A DNA stretch of 42,203 nt. Origin: a virus. Below, in pieces: positions 18,822-26,369 of this stretch. A program made the position numbers and the translations under genes. Under the pieces are notes generated by a model, which worked only from the letters and a program-made list of their open reading frames with translations, was not told where the DNA came from and searched no databases. The stretch is from the IMG/VR virus record IMGVR_UViG_3300012837_000001, one strand, 5' to 3'. How positions within the stretch are numbered: position 1 is the stretch's first letter; the number at the start of each line of letters is the position of its first letter.

Positions 18822-20429
18822 ATGGCGAACATAAGAATAAACCAGCTTCCCGAGGAACTGGCGCCGATTGCGACTGACGTGCTTCCTGTGGACAGCACGC
18901 TAGGCGGGACGACGCGCAAGGTTCCACTGCCCAATCTGGCGGACATTATCCGCCCGGTTGCATCGGAGCCCGAAGCCGAAGCCGGCGCCGACAACACCAA
19001 GACGATGACGCCGCTGCGGGTGAAGGAGAGCATCACCGTCAATGCTGAACAGGGAAACTTCACGCCGCAGTCCCCGTTCATTGCAACGCGAACCCTCGGG
19101 GAGAAGGCCGGCGAGGTTATCTCTATCCGCGATGTTGGGGCGCCAACGACCAGCGGCGGCCAGCCTGACTACACGTCGGTCCTAGCCAACAATGAGGCGA
19201 ACCTGTCTTTCAAGACGGTCGAAATTCCTGACCCGGTTATTCGCCTGACAGGCATCTCCCTGACTGCCAACAACCTCAAACTACGCGGGAAAGATGGCGG
19301 CCAGACGGTCATATATAATCCGGATAGCACGGACACCCTGGTCCTTGAGGATTCCGGGTTTTGCCGCCTCGTCGATCTTTCGTTCCAACGCGACGGCTCC
19401 GCAACGGATGGTCGCGGCCTCGTCCTTAAAGGGGCGAGTTCTGCGAACAAGATGGACAACCTCTTCGTGGTCGGTAACCCAGGGGGCGGCATCGCCTTCG
19501 AAGGTGATATCGCTAATCAGCAGTCCGAAAACCAACTTCTCAACAGCCTGGTTATCGACAACGAAGGTGGAGGCTTGACCCTGACGTACAGTCAGGATTT
19601 TGGCATCGTCAATAACCGTTTCGGCCGGCAAACTTCCGGCCCGTATCCGGTGCATGGTACTCGGTTGGACAACTGCGGGATGGGGACCTACACCCAGAAC
19701 AAGCATTGGGACCAGGTCAACGCGTTCTTGTCGTATGACGGCATCGGTCTGCGCATCTTCGGGAACCGTTTCGAGCAAAGTCGGAACGAGAATGTCATTT
19801 TCGACGGAGGGTATGAGAACCTCTTCGAGATGAACCATTCTCATACCGCGTCGCGCTCTTCTTCAGGCACCTACAGCAATATCAAACTCGTCGATCTCCT
19901 AGCCTCGAAATTCCTAGGGAATGGTCTGTTTAGCGAGAATGATGCACTTTGGCAGGTTCTGAACGGCTTTGATATCAGCAATAGCTGTTCTGATCTTGAT
20001 ATCCAGTTCAACCGGATCGCGAATTTTACCAACGTCGCTATCAATTCGGGTGCTGCGACTAGAATCAGCCGAGAAGGCAACACTGGTGACACCTATGCGA
20101 TGTACCGCGTTCTTCGGGGTGCTTCCATCTCTGAGTTTGCCACGCGAGTCGATAACCCAACCACCGTTGACTGGGCTCAGGTCATCGATGATCGACTGAT
20201 CGCGGGCGGTATTCGCGTCAGGTTGATTTCGTCCCGAGTTGGCTCGGGTAGCGGGGGGCAACTGCTGGTGCAGATCGCGGACAGCAGCGGTACGCTCCAA
20301 ACTCGGTTCATTCTCGCGCAAGACGGCAACGTGGCATTGCCCGGCCTGCCTACAGCGGCAACCGGTCTGGGCAGCGGATACCTCTGGCGAGACGGGGCCG
20401 GGAGCAACGTCATCAAGCAGGTTCCGTGA
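18822..20429 (+). CDS. Tailspike with right-handed beta-helix repeats (possible depolymerase)
   Basis: N-terminal MANIRINQLPEE...KVPLPNLADIIRPVAS...AEAGADNTKTMTPLRVKESI is typical of phage fibre N-termini. The central part has repetitive N.F/G..N segments like PbH1 repeats. 535 aa. Confidence 0.65.
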   Translation: MANIRINQLPEELAPIATDVLPVDSTLGGTTRKVPLPNLADIIRPVASEPEAEAGADNTKTMTPLRVKESITVNAEQGNFTPQSPFIATRTLGEKAGEVISIRDVGAPTTSGGQPDYTSVLANNEANLSFKTVEIPDPVIRLTGISLTANNLKLRGKDGGQTVIYNPDSTDTLVLEDSGFCRLVDLSFQRDGSATDGRGLVLKGASSANKMDNLFVVGNPGGGIAFEGDIANQQSENQLLNSLVIDNEGGGLTLTYSQDFGIVNNRFGRQTSGPYPVHGTRLDNCGMGTYTQNKHWDQVNAFLSYDGIGLRIFGNRFEQSRNENVIFDGGYENLFEMNHSHTASRSSSGTYSNIKLVDLLASKFLGNGLFSENDALWQVLNGFDISNSCSDLDIQFNRIANFTNVAINSGAATRISREGNTGDTYAMYRVLRGASISEFATRVDNPTTVDWAQVIDDRLIAGGIRVRLISSRVGSGSGGQLLVQIADSSGTLQTRFILAQDGNVALPGLPTAATGLGSGYLWRDGAGSNVIKQVP

Positions 20430-20569
20430 TGCAACCCCATCTTTGCCCCGTCGAACGGGCCTTGATCTGGGTCGGGACAGGCGAGCCCTGCAACTGGTGC
20501 GACGAGCATATCCCTATCCGATGCGATGAGCCCGGCCCGCCTCGGGTCGTTGAACCAACTGAAGACTGA
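20429..20569 (+). CDS. Unlisted small Cys-rich ORF, 46 aa (MQPHLCPVERALIWVGTGEPCNWCDEHIPIRCDEPGPPRVVEPTED)
   Basis: Its ATG overlaps the tailspike stop (GTGATG) and its stop lies 2 nt before the terminator stem. The four Cys residues are spaced C-x14-C-x2-C-x7-C. Confidence 0.4.
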   Translation: MQPHLCPVERALIWVGTGEPCNWCDEHIPIRCDEPGPPRVVEPTED

Positions 20570-20571
20570 TC

Positions 20572-20598
20572 ACCCGCCCTGACCGGCGGGTTTTTTGT
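20572..20598 (+). terminator. Rho-independent terminator after the tail genes
   Basis: ACCCGCC-ctgacc-GGCGGGT followed by TTTTTGTT. Confidence 0.75.
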
Positions 20599-20613
20599 TG
20601 CGCCGAGGTATCC

Positions 20614-21204
20614 ATGAAAGTCAGCTCTGCGGGCCGGAAGGCCATCGCGGCCCATGAGGGGGTGCGCCTGAAGGCCTACCCTGATCCTGCAACGGGTGGC
20701 GAGCCGTGGACCATCGGCGTTGGGCATACTAGCGCAGCGGGCCTGCCCAAGGTCTACAAGGGCCTGACCATTACGGCGGACGAGTGCGACGAAATCCTGT
20801 CGCGCGATCTGGCCACGTTCGAGCGCGCGGTCGAGACGGCGGTCAAGGTTCCGCTCAATCAAAACCAGTTCGATGCGCTGGTATCGTTCACGTTCAACGT
20901 CGGCGCCGGGAACCTCCAGAAATCCACGCTGCTGAAGCGCTTGAACCAAGGCGACTATCGCGGCGCGGCCGAACAGTTCGGCGCCTGGAACAGGGCCGCC
21001 GGCAAGGTAATGAAGGGGCTCGTCACGCGGCGGGCTGATGAGCGCGCGCTGTTCCTGCGCCCTGCCGCCGCCAACACGCCCGACGCCGTCCCTGTCGAAG
21101 CGCTCCCGACGACCTCGGCCAAACCGATGGCGTCGATTCCAGAGCCCGCGCCGCAACCCAAGCCCAACCTCTGGGCGCGCCTCTCCAACATCTTCCGGAG
21201 CTAA
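20614..21204 (+). CDS. Endolysin, GH24 (T4/lambda-type) lysozyme with a Pro/Ala-rich C-terminal tail
   Basis: N-terminal SAGRKAIAAHEGVRLKAYPDPATGGEPWTIGVGHT carries the canonical E-D-T catalytic pattern of GH24 lysozymes. Confidence 0.9.
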   Translation: MKVSSAGRKAIAAHEGVRLKAYPDPATGGEPWTIGVGHTSAAGLPKVYKGLTITADECDEILSRDLATFERAVETAVKVPLNQNQFDALVSFTFNVGAGNLQKSTLLKRLNQGDYRGAAEQFGAWNRAAGKVMKGLVTRRADERALFLRPAAANTPDAVPVEALPTTSAKPMASIPEPAPQPKPNLWARLSNIFRS

Positions 21205-21207
21205 CCC

Positions 21208-21771
21208 ATGCTGAGCATCATTCTGGCCGCGCTCCCGATCCTCGGGAAGCTCATTCCTGATGGCAAGACGGCCGATATCGTGGCGGCTGGGACGAAGGTG
21301 GCGCAAGAGGTCTTCGGCACCACCGACGAAGCGTCAATCGTCGCCAAGATGGAGGCAGACCCCAAGCTCGCGGAGCAGTTCAAGGCCAAGCTGGAGGCCG
21401 AAACTGCCACCCTCCGCATGCAGATCGAGGACACGCAGGATGCGCGGGCTACCACTGTGAAGCTGGCTGAGGCCGGCTCCAGCATCGCATGGGGAGCGCC
21501 TGTCATCTCCGTCCTGATCGTGGTCGGGTTTCTGGCCCTCGTCTTCGCCCTGATCTTCAAGCAGGTTCCGGACAGCCAGGTTGCACTCGTGCTGTTCGGC
21601 TCTCTGTCGGGGGCCTTTGGCACTGTCGTCGCGTACTGGCTGGGTAGCTCTGCCGGATCAGCCCGAGCCGGGGACACGGTCCGCGCCATCGCTCAGCAGG
21701 CGACGACGCCAACGGCTGGCCAGGTTGCCGGCAAGGTCATCGACGCCGCTGTGAACGCTGGAAAGCGCTAA
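21208..21771 (+). CDS. Putative holin, GTA-type 3-TM family (DUF3154-like)
   Basis: It lies directly after the endolysin. Architecture: N-terminal hydrophobic segment, charged helical region (KLAEQFKAKLEAETATLRMQIEDTQDAR), then two TM segments (VISVLIVVGFLALVFALIF; VALVLFGSLSGAFGTVVAYWL). Confidence 0.6.
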   Translation: MLSIILAALPILGKLIPDGKTADIVAAGTKVAQEVFGTTDEASIVAKMEADPKLAEQFKAKLEAETATLRMQIEDTQDARATTVKLAEAGSSIAWGAPVISVLIVVGFLALVFALIFKQVPDSQVALVLFGSLSGAFGTVVAYWLGSSAGSARAGDTVRAIAQQATTPTAGQVAGKVIDAAVNAGKR

Positions 21772-21791
21772 CTGTCCGTCAGGAGCCCTCC

Positions 21792-22340
21792 ATGCCTGGG
21801 ACTAATCGCCTGATGTCGGAAGAAGCTACCGTGAACATCGGCGCGCTCCAGCAGCGCGTCTTCGGGCTTGAACAAGCCGTCAACAACATCTCGCAACAGC
21901 TCACGTCGATCTCTCAGCAGATCACGTCAGGGGCAAAGCCCAACTGGAGCGTTCTGGTTAGTACGGCGGGTTTCTGCCTGTTGTTCGCGGGCGCGATCGG
22001 CGGGCTGGCCTATGCCCCGATCCGGGAGAACCAGACGGATCTCAAGGCGGCGCTGATCGATGTGACCAAGGCCATAGGCTCGCAAGGTGAGAAGTTCGTG
22101 TCCATCCGCGAGCTGGACGGTCGCAGCGGCCGGACGCGTCAGGAAATGGAGCGCCTGAACCTCGACTTGAACGCGCAGGAGGTTGGCCATCGTCGCGAGC
22201 TGGAGCAGACCGCTGCCAATCTCCAGCGTCAGATCGATGATGTGAAGCGATTTAATCAGGGCCTCGTCTCAGCGCCCGACTTTCTCAAGAATCTCGACGA
22301 ACGAATGCGGACATTGGAGCAGCGCCGCGCTCCGCAATAG
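21792..22340 (+). CDS. Membrane-anchored coiled-coil protein (possible atypical i-spanin or lysis accessory protein)
   Basis: 182 aa with a single TM segment (WSVLVSTAGFCLLFAGAIGGLAYAP) at aa ~52-76, flanked by heptad-like regions. Last gene of the lysis cassette. Confidence 0.45.
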   Translation: MPGTNRLMSEEATVNIGALQQRVFGLEQAVNNISQQLTSISQQITSGAKPNWSVLVSTAGFCLLFAGAIGGLAYAPIRENQTDLKAALIDVTKAIGSQGEKFVSIRELDGRSGRTRQEMERLNLDLNAQEVGHRRELEQTAANLQRQIDDVKRFNQGLVSAPDFLKNLDERMRTLEQRRAPQ

Positions 22341-22440
22341 CTCGCGTCATCTCGCGAGGCGCGTGCGGCCGATCATAGCCGGCGCGCAGACAACGTACAG
22401 GGACCCTTAAGATCGTCCTGTAGTTCCCCCCAAACTCGAC

Positions 22441-22674
22441 TTAGCCGGCGGCTCCATTCGTGGGGTCGTCGGCTTCTTTTTGCGTTTCCGCATCCGTCAG
22501 CAGTCGCGCGATTTGCTTTGCGATGGGCTCAGCTTCTTCCTCCGACATGAGGTTTCGAATAGCCCGCTCTCCGGGGTTTCCCTTGTCGAAATAGACGTAG
22601 CAGATCGTGAGGTCATTCGCGTCTCGGATGCCGAAGCTGGCTTTGTAGCGAACTATTCGGAGAGGGAGTTTCAC
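22441..22674 (-). CDS. Hypothetical small protein (last gene of the att-proximal operon)
   Basis: 77 aa. FGIRDANDLTICYVYFDKGNPGERAIRNLMSEEEAEPIAKQIARLL resembles a small uncharacterised family common in Rhizobiales (from memory, not searched). Confidence 0.6.
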   Translation of the reverse strand: MKLPLRIVRYKASFGIRDANDLTICYVYFDKGNPGERAIRNLMSEEEAEPIAKQIARLLTDAETQKEADDPTNGAAG

Positions 22675-22889
22675 CGACGCGGCATCAGTATCTCCATACC
22701 ATTGATGCGGTTTTCGGCCCCGGCATGCTGAGCGGCGAGGATCGATGTCGAGAGCGCCGCGAGCCTGAACGGGTCATCAACGCCGTTGAGCTGGATTGAC
22801 GGCTCTTTTAGCCCGGCCTCTTCGAACGCGACCTGAAGCTGGTGGATAGCTCTCGCAATCGCTGAAATCTTGTCCATTGATATCCCCAT
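22671..22889 (-). CDS. Hypothetical small protein
   Basis: Starts at MGISMDKIS... (ATG 22889; alternative ATG 22877). Its stop overlaps the next start by 4 nt. The longer track ORF (to 23000) would overlap the upstream gene. Confidence 0.55.
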   Translation of the reverse strand: MGISMDKISAIARAIHQLQVAFEEAGLKEPSIQLNGVDDPFRLAALSTSILAAQHAGAENRINGMEILMPRR

Positions 22890-22899
22890 GTCGATTATA

Positions 22900-22949
22900 G
22901 GTTCTGGCTGGAGCCTAGCGGATGCCACCCCATCATCTACTCCCCCCCC
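22900..22949 (+). repeat. Junction element, copy G (long form, inverted relative to the surrounding genes), ending in a C8 tract
   Basis: GGTTCTGGCTGGAGCCTAGCGGATGCCACCCCATCATCTACTCCCCCCCC, between the start at 22889 and the stop at 22937. Confidence 0.8.
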
Positions 22950-23632
22950 GCCCGTAAGGCTGCGGCAATGGCCCTGGCAGCACGCTCGGCGCCACGGCAC
23001 TCCGCCACATGAAGATCGCCGTCATTTTCGAACGCGCGGGCATCTTCGCGCTCTGCCGCCATATCGGCAATGTCTGCGCACCGCTCCCTCTCCGCAGCGA
23101 GCGCGGCTTCTGCGGCTAGGGCGCGGGCTTCGGCGGCATTCACTGCGGAAACAGCGACATCGATCTGTTCGCGCGCCCAGCCTCTGCCCCACTGCGCCTC
23201 CTGCAACTTGATCTCAGTCGCCTCCCGCTTCTTGCGCTCGTCAGCAAGCATCGCGAGCAGCGCTTGGCTGTCCTTGAAGTCGCGGTCCATCCGCTCGCGC
23301 GGCGTCTCGCCCTCCTTCAGATAAGGGGCGCAATCTGTGGCCTCCCGCTCCTTCTCCGCCAGGATCGGGGCGAAGAGGGCCAGAACGGCGCGGGCCATGG
23401 GGTAGACGCGCAGATCGACCCAGGCCCCGCCATAATAGGCTGAGACGCGCGTCTTGGTTTCGTCTTCCTCGACCGTCGTGAAGCCGGTGTTCTCGACGAA
23501 ATGCGCGATCAACGCCCGCGCGATCTCCTCGACCCCCGGCAACTCGGCAGGGGCTTGAAACGCGGGGTGCTCGGGTAGCCGAGCGTCGTGCTCAGCCTGC
23601 ATCACGTCGCGCGGATCCTTCTCACCGGTCAT
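22937..23632 (-). CDS. Hypothetical protein
   Basis: 231-aa ORF whose start overlaps the upstream gene end by 11 nt. The C-terminal half is A/E/R-rich and helical. Confidence 0.65.
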   Translation of the reverse strand: MTGEKDPRDVMQAEHDARLPEHPAFQAPAELPGVEEIARALIAHFVENTGFTTVEEDETKTRVSAYYGGAWVDLRVYPMARAVLALFAPILAEKEREATDCAPYLKEGETPRERMDRDFKDSQALLAMLADERKKREATEIKLQEAQWGRGWAREQIDVAVSAVNAAEARALAAEAALAAERERCADIADMAAEREDARAFENDGDLHVAECRGAERAARAIAAALRAGGE

Positions 23633-23825
23633 GGGTGGCCTCGTCGAGGGCGCGGCTGGAGAGGAACGATTGCAACACAGCGCGCATTCGCTGGCGAGCG
23701 TGACCCAGGTTCGCGGCGGCTTCAGTTATTTGATGCGGCAGCGCGTTCCCGATCTTCTGGGCAGCGCTGTCCATCTCGTCCCACGCCTCGCAAAGCAGAA
23801 GGGTGTCGATCATCTTCTCAGCCAT
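23622..23825 (-). CDS. Hypothetical small protein
   Basis: Starts at MAEKMIDTLLLCEAW... (ATG 23825), preceded by GGAGG and junction element copy A. Confidence 0.55.
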   Translation of the reverse strand: MAEKMIDTLLLCEAWDEMDSAAQKIGNALPHQITEAAANLGHARQRMRAVLQSFLSSRALDEATHDR

Positions 23826-24234
23826 GCTCTGCCTCCGGGGGATTTTTAGAGTGCGCATCCGCGAGTGTCCGAGCTTCCTGAAGAGCGCGCAGGAAGGCGG
23901 CTAGGAGGGCGCGGGCGGGTGACGCTGACACGCCGTCAGCGCGCTTGAGCCCTGCATAGGCGACCGTTCCTTCGGAGCCGCCCTCATTGACAGTGAGGCG
24001 GCACCTCCAACCCGGCAGCTTCTGCTCGATCAGCGAGACGACGGTATCGAGGCTGGCGGTGTACCTGGGCAACCATTTCGGATCGGGGCTGGTGTGGACA
24101 ACGATGTGCTCAGCGCTCACCGACAGCCCCGTCGAGAGGAAGTCGTAGATCACGCCATCAACAACCCGGTCCACGCCCGTGCCGCTTTCGACGCGCTCGA
24201 CCAGATCGTGAGGAATCTCGCGGATGCCAACCAT
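23818..24234 (-). CDS. Hypothetical protein
   Basis: 138-aa ORF. Its start ATG overlaps the upstream TAA (TAATG), and the gene is flanked by inverted junction-element copies. Confidence 0.65.
   Translation of the reverse strand: MVGIREIPHDLVERVESGTGVDRVVDGVIYDFLSTGLSVSAEHIVVHTSPDPKWLPRYTASLDTVVSLIEQKLPGWRCRLTVNEGGSEGTVAYAGLKRADGVSASPARALLAAFLRALQEARTLADAHSKNPPEAEHG
23837..23866 (-). repeat. Junction element, copy A (short form, in gene orientation)
   Basis: The minus strand reads ACTCGCGGATGCGCACTCTAAAAATCCCCC, then GGAGGCAGAGC-ATG. It encodes the tail ...TLADAHSKNPPEAEHG of the upstream gene. Confidence 0.75.
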
Positions 24235-24248
24235 TATTCGCCCCTCCC
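24214..24248 (+). repeat. Junction element, copy H (inverted relative to the surrounding genes)
   Basis: AATCTCGCGGATGCCAACCATTATTCGCCCCTCCC on the plus strand, spanning the 24234 gene boundary. On the minus strand it encodes MVGIREIP. Confidence 0.75.
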
Positions 24249-25190
24249 GGCAGAGGTGGACTGAGACAGGGCGGCGCGGAGAGCGCGACGTTCCAACACG
24301 TCAGTTTCGGGGTCCTTGTCCTCTGGAGCGCAGTCCGCGATCTCGGGACACTGGAGGAAGCCGACGACAATTTGGCGGAGTTCGATGCACTCGCGCTGCA
24401 CATCGAGCAGCATCGAGCCGGCACCATCAGCCATCGCCTTCAGCAGGACCACATCCCCGCCCGCAGTCGAGGAGGCGGGCTTGGCGAGGGCTGGCGTGCA
24501 ATACGGGCACTTCGCCGCGTTGTGATGATTGGTCGGATCGAACCCGAGCGCTTCACAGACCCGCCGCATGTCAGCCTCGCCTTTAGCCTCAGACACGGGC
24601 GTCGCGGCCGGGGAGAGGCTGTCGAGCAATTCAAGGACAGCCTGCGCGGCCTTGGCCTGATTGCGCCAGCCGTAATGCCAGCGTGTATCGTAGGGACGCC
24701 CGAAGTTCTCGCGCGGCTCGGGCCAATTCCCGTCCACGGTTCCGTCGCGCGCAGCGCCTTGGTTCTGGCAGTCGGGGTTCAGGTCTCGGCCCCGGCAGAT
24801 CGCCCTCGCGATTTGCTCGACGGTCGGCTTCACCGCCACCGCACCCACCCCGCCGCTCGCAGGGGCTGGGGCGGAGGCGCGCTTGACGAACCACGTCACA
24901 ATCCGGTTGAGCGAATTGAAGTTGATCGCGCCGACGATCTGGTGACCGGGGTAGAACTCGGGATCGAACTCGTAAGGCTCGGGCGCCCCGAACTGAGCCG
25001 CCTTGACGGCTGAGCCAAGCTCGCTGAAAGGCAACTCGCCGTAAGCGGGGAACGGCACCGCCTCATCGCGCGTAGGGGTGGTCTGGGTCATGGGTGGGCT
25101 CCGGAGAAAATCGGCCAGAGCACCAGGCTCCAAACCACGAGGGCCATCATCAATTCGAACCGGGATGAATTCGGTCGTTCGCTCAGCCAA
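24234..25190 (-). CDS. Hypothetical protein
   Basis: 318-aa ORF from the TTG at 25190 (TGATTG junction). An alternative ATG at 25091 has GGAG 8 nt upstream and is preceded by a degenerate junction-element-like stretch. Confidence 0.6.
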   Translation of the reverse strand: MAERTTEFIPVRIDDGPRGLEPGALADFLRSPPMTQTTPTRDEAVPFPAYGELPFSELGSAVKAAQFGAPEPYEFDPEFYPGHQIVGAINFNSLNRIVTWFVKRASAPAPASGGVGAVAVKPTVEQIARAICRGRDLNPDCQNQGAARDGTVDGNWPEPRENFGRPYDTRWHYGWRNQAKAAQAVLELLDSLSPAATPVSEAKGEADMRRVCEALGFDPTNHHNAAKCPYCTPALAKPASSTAGGDVVLLKAMADGAGSMLLDVQRECIELRQIVVGFLQCPEIADCAPEDKDPETDVLERRALRAALSQSTSAGRGE

Positions 25191-25769
25191 TCACGCATCG
25201 GCCCCATCCTCCCGGCTGCCAGAAACGAGGGCGGCGTGCAGTTCGCGGAGCTGCTTCACTACAGCTTTGCGCCACCCGTAGGTGGATGCGCCAAGGCAGA
25301 TGTTCTCGTGCCCAAGCGGGACAAGCTCAGTCTTCTCATCGTAGGCTTGCAGAAGCATCTCGACCTCCGCCCCTTTCCGCAGTGAGGAGAGGTCGGGGGC
25401 GGGGGATTTTGTGTTGGCATCCGCGAGCACGGCTGGGCCGTTCTCCAGAGCCTTGCGAGCACGGCGAAAGTCACCAGTCGTGATTTCGACGCGGTTGATC
25501 CCGTAGACGGCACGGTCGTCTGGGTCGTTCTCGTGGGACTCGCGCCACTCACCGGGCCGCGTCTCGTATCGGTAGAAATACGAGTTCGCAAGCCGCACGA
25601 ACGGCTCCAGCGCGTCCCTAAGCCTCCCAATCTCTTCCCTCGCCTCCGACAAGGAGAGGGACTGAGACGAGAGGGCGGGCTGATACGAGCGCAGTTCCTT
25701 GGCGGCCTCGGCAGGATCGCAGCCAGCTTCAAGCCAGGCGATAACAGCGGTCAGGTCTGTCCCCCTCAT
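25191..25769 (-). CDS. Hypothetical protein (possibly a fusion of two ancestral cassettes)
   Basis: 192-aa ORF. It contains junction element copy B internally, followed by GGAGG and an in-frame ATG at 25358. Confidence 0.6.
   Translation of the reverse strand: MRGTDLTAVIAWLEAGCDPAEAAKELRSYQPALSSQSLSLSEAREEIGRLRDALEPFVRLANSYFYRYETRPGEWRESHENDPDDRAVYGINRVEITTGDFRRARKALENGPAVLADANTKSPAPDLSSLRKGAEVEMLLQAYDEKTELVPLGHENICLGASTYGWRKAVVKQLRELHAALVSGSREDGADA
25401..25428 (-). repeat. Junction element, copy B (inside a gene)
   Basis: The minus strand reads GCTCGCGGATGCCAACACAAAATCCCCC, translated as VLADANTKSP. Confidence 0.75.
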
Positions 25770-26131
25770 GACCTCTCCCTCCCTTCAGAGAGGGGATTTG
25801 TTGAGTTGGCATCCGCTAGGTTCGTGAGCCCCGCTTTTGCGAGCGCAGCCCTGATTTGCGCGGTGACATTCGCGACGACGCCCGGCTTATAGGCGTCATC
25901 CTCTTCGGCGCATTCGATGTACGGGAGCGCCGTCAGCAGCGCCTCGAACATGTCGGGAGCCGCCGCAATCAGGCGGGCGTTCGCCTCGATACGGTCCATG
26001 GCGTTCGGGGAAGACCCCGGCGTCGCCATGAAGCAAATGCGCCAGTCGTCGCCGGCATGAACGACGAGGCTATCGCCATCGCCGTATTCGCGGACCTCCC
26101 AAGTCCCCTTCGTGCTTGCCCGCTCAGACAT
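25766..26131 (-). CDS. Hypothetical protein with the ANARLIAAAP motif
   Basis: 121 aa. ...EANARLIAAAPDMFEALL... is a motif seen in many small phage proteins of unknown function (from memory). The C-terminal tail NLADANSTNP is encoded by junction element copy C. Confidence 0.65.
   Translation of the reverse strand: MSERASTKGTWEVREYGDGDSLVVHAGDDWRICFMATPGSSPNAMDRIEANARLIAAAPDMFEALLTALPYIECAEEDDAYKPGVVANVTAQIRAALAKAGLTNLADANSTNPLSEGRERS
25792..25820 (-). repeat. Junction element, copy C
   Basis: The minus strand reads CCTAGCGGATGCCAACTCAACAAATCCCC, then ...GGGAGGGAGAGGTC-ATG (25769). Confidence 0.75.
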
Positions 26132-26369
26132 GGGGGGAGGCCTTCGGAAGCGCGGCTTCGAGCTTCTGGATCGTGACGGCGAATTCCTGAGACGTGCCGT
26201 CGTCGTTCCCTTGGATGCAGTCGATGTAGCCGTGGATGACCACAGGGATGCGCATCGACTTCGGACATTTACCGAAGCAGGGGCGGGTCTCGAAATGCTT
26301 GGCGAGAGCCTTGCGGCCCTTCTTCACGTCGAGGATCGCGAAGTCGCTGGTGATCGACCGCTCACCCAT
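26124..26369 (-). CDS. Hypothetical small protein (first gene of the att-proximal operon)
   Basis: 81-aa ORF whose stop overlaps the next start by 8 nt. Confidence 0.55.
   Translation of the reverse strand: MGERSITSDFAILDVKKGRKALAKHFETRPCFGKCPKSMRIPVVIHGYIDCIQGNDDGTSQEFAVTIQKLEAALPKASPHV

Noticed and set aside
17443-20429. Diversity-generating retroelement near the fibre genes, as in Bordetella BPP-1-like podophages of similar size.
   Set aside because: No reverse-transcriptase-like ORF (no YxDD-type motif) was seen anywhere in the window. No template/variable repeat pair was noticed at the 3-prime ends of the fibre genes.
21868-22056. Embedded +1-frame ORF with a VSAC lipobox-like tetrapeptide as an o-spanin.
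   Set aside because: It has no hydrophobic signal-peptide core before the Cys (GAFWLVRRVSAC). The remainder is extremely Arg/Ser-rich and lacks the Pro-rich periplasmic character of o-spanins.
22870-23211. Plus-strand 113-aa ORF starting in junction element copy G (…IIGSGWSLADATPSSTPPPP…).
   Set aside because: Beyond the element it runs antisense through the well-formed 231-aa minus-strand gene, with Arg/Pro-rich composition. Only its first ~25 codons (the element itself) look meaningful.
25411-25428. Sigma-54 (-24/-12) promoter reading of the reverse complement of the junction element (TTGGCATCCGCGAGCA).
   Set aside because: The TGGCA part fits the -24 box. However, the GC of the -12 box is one nucleotide out of register in this copy and absent in others (for example TGGCATCCGCTAGGT). 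The orientation would also drive antisense transcription.
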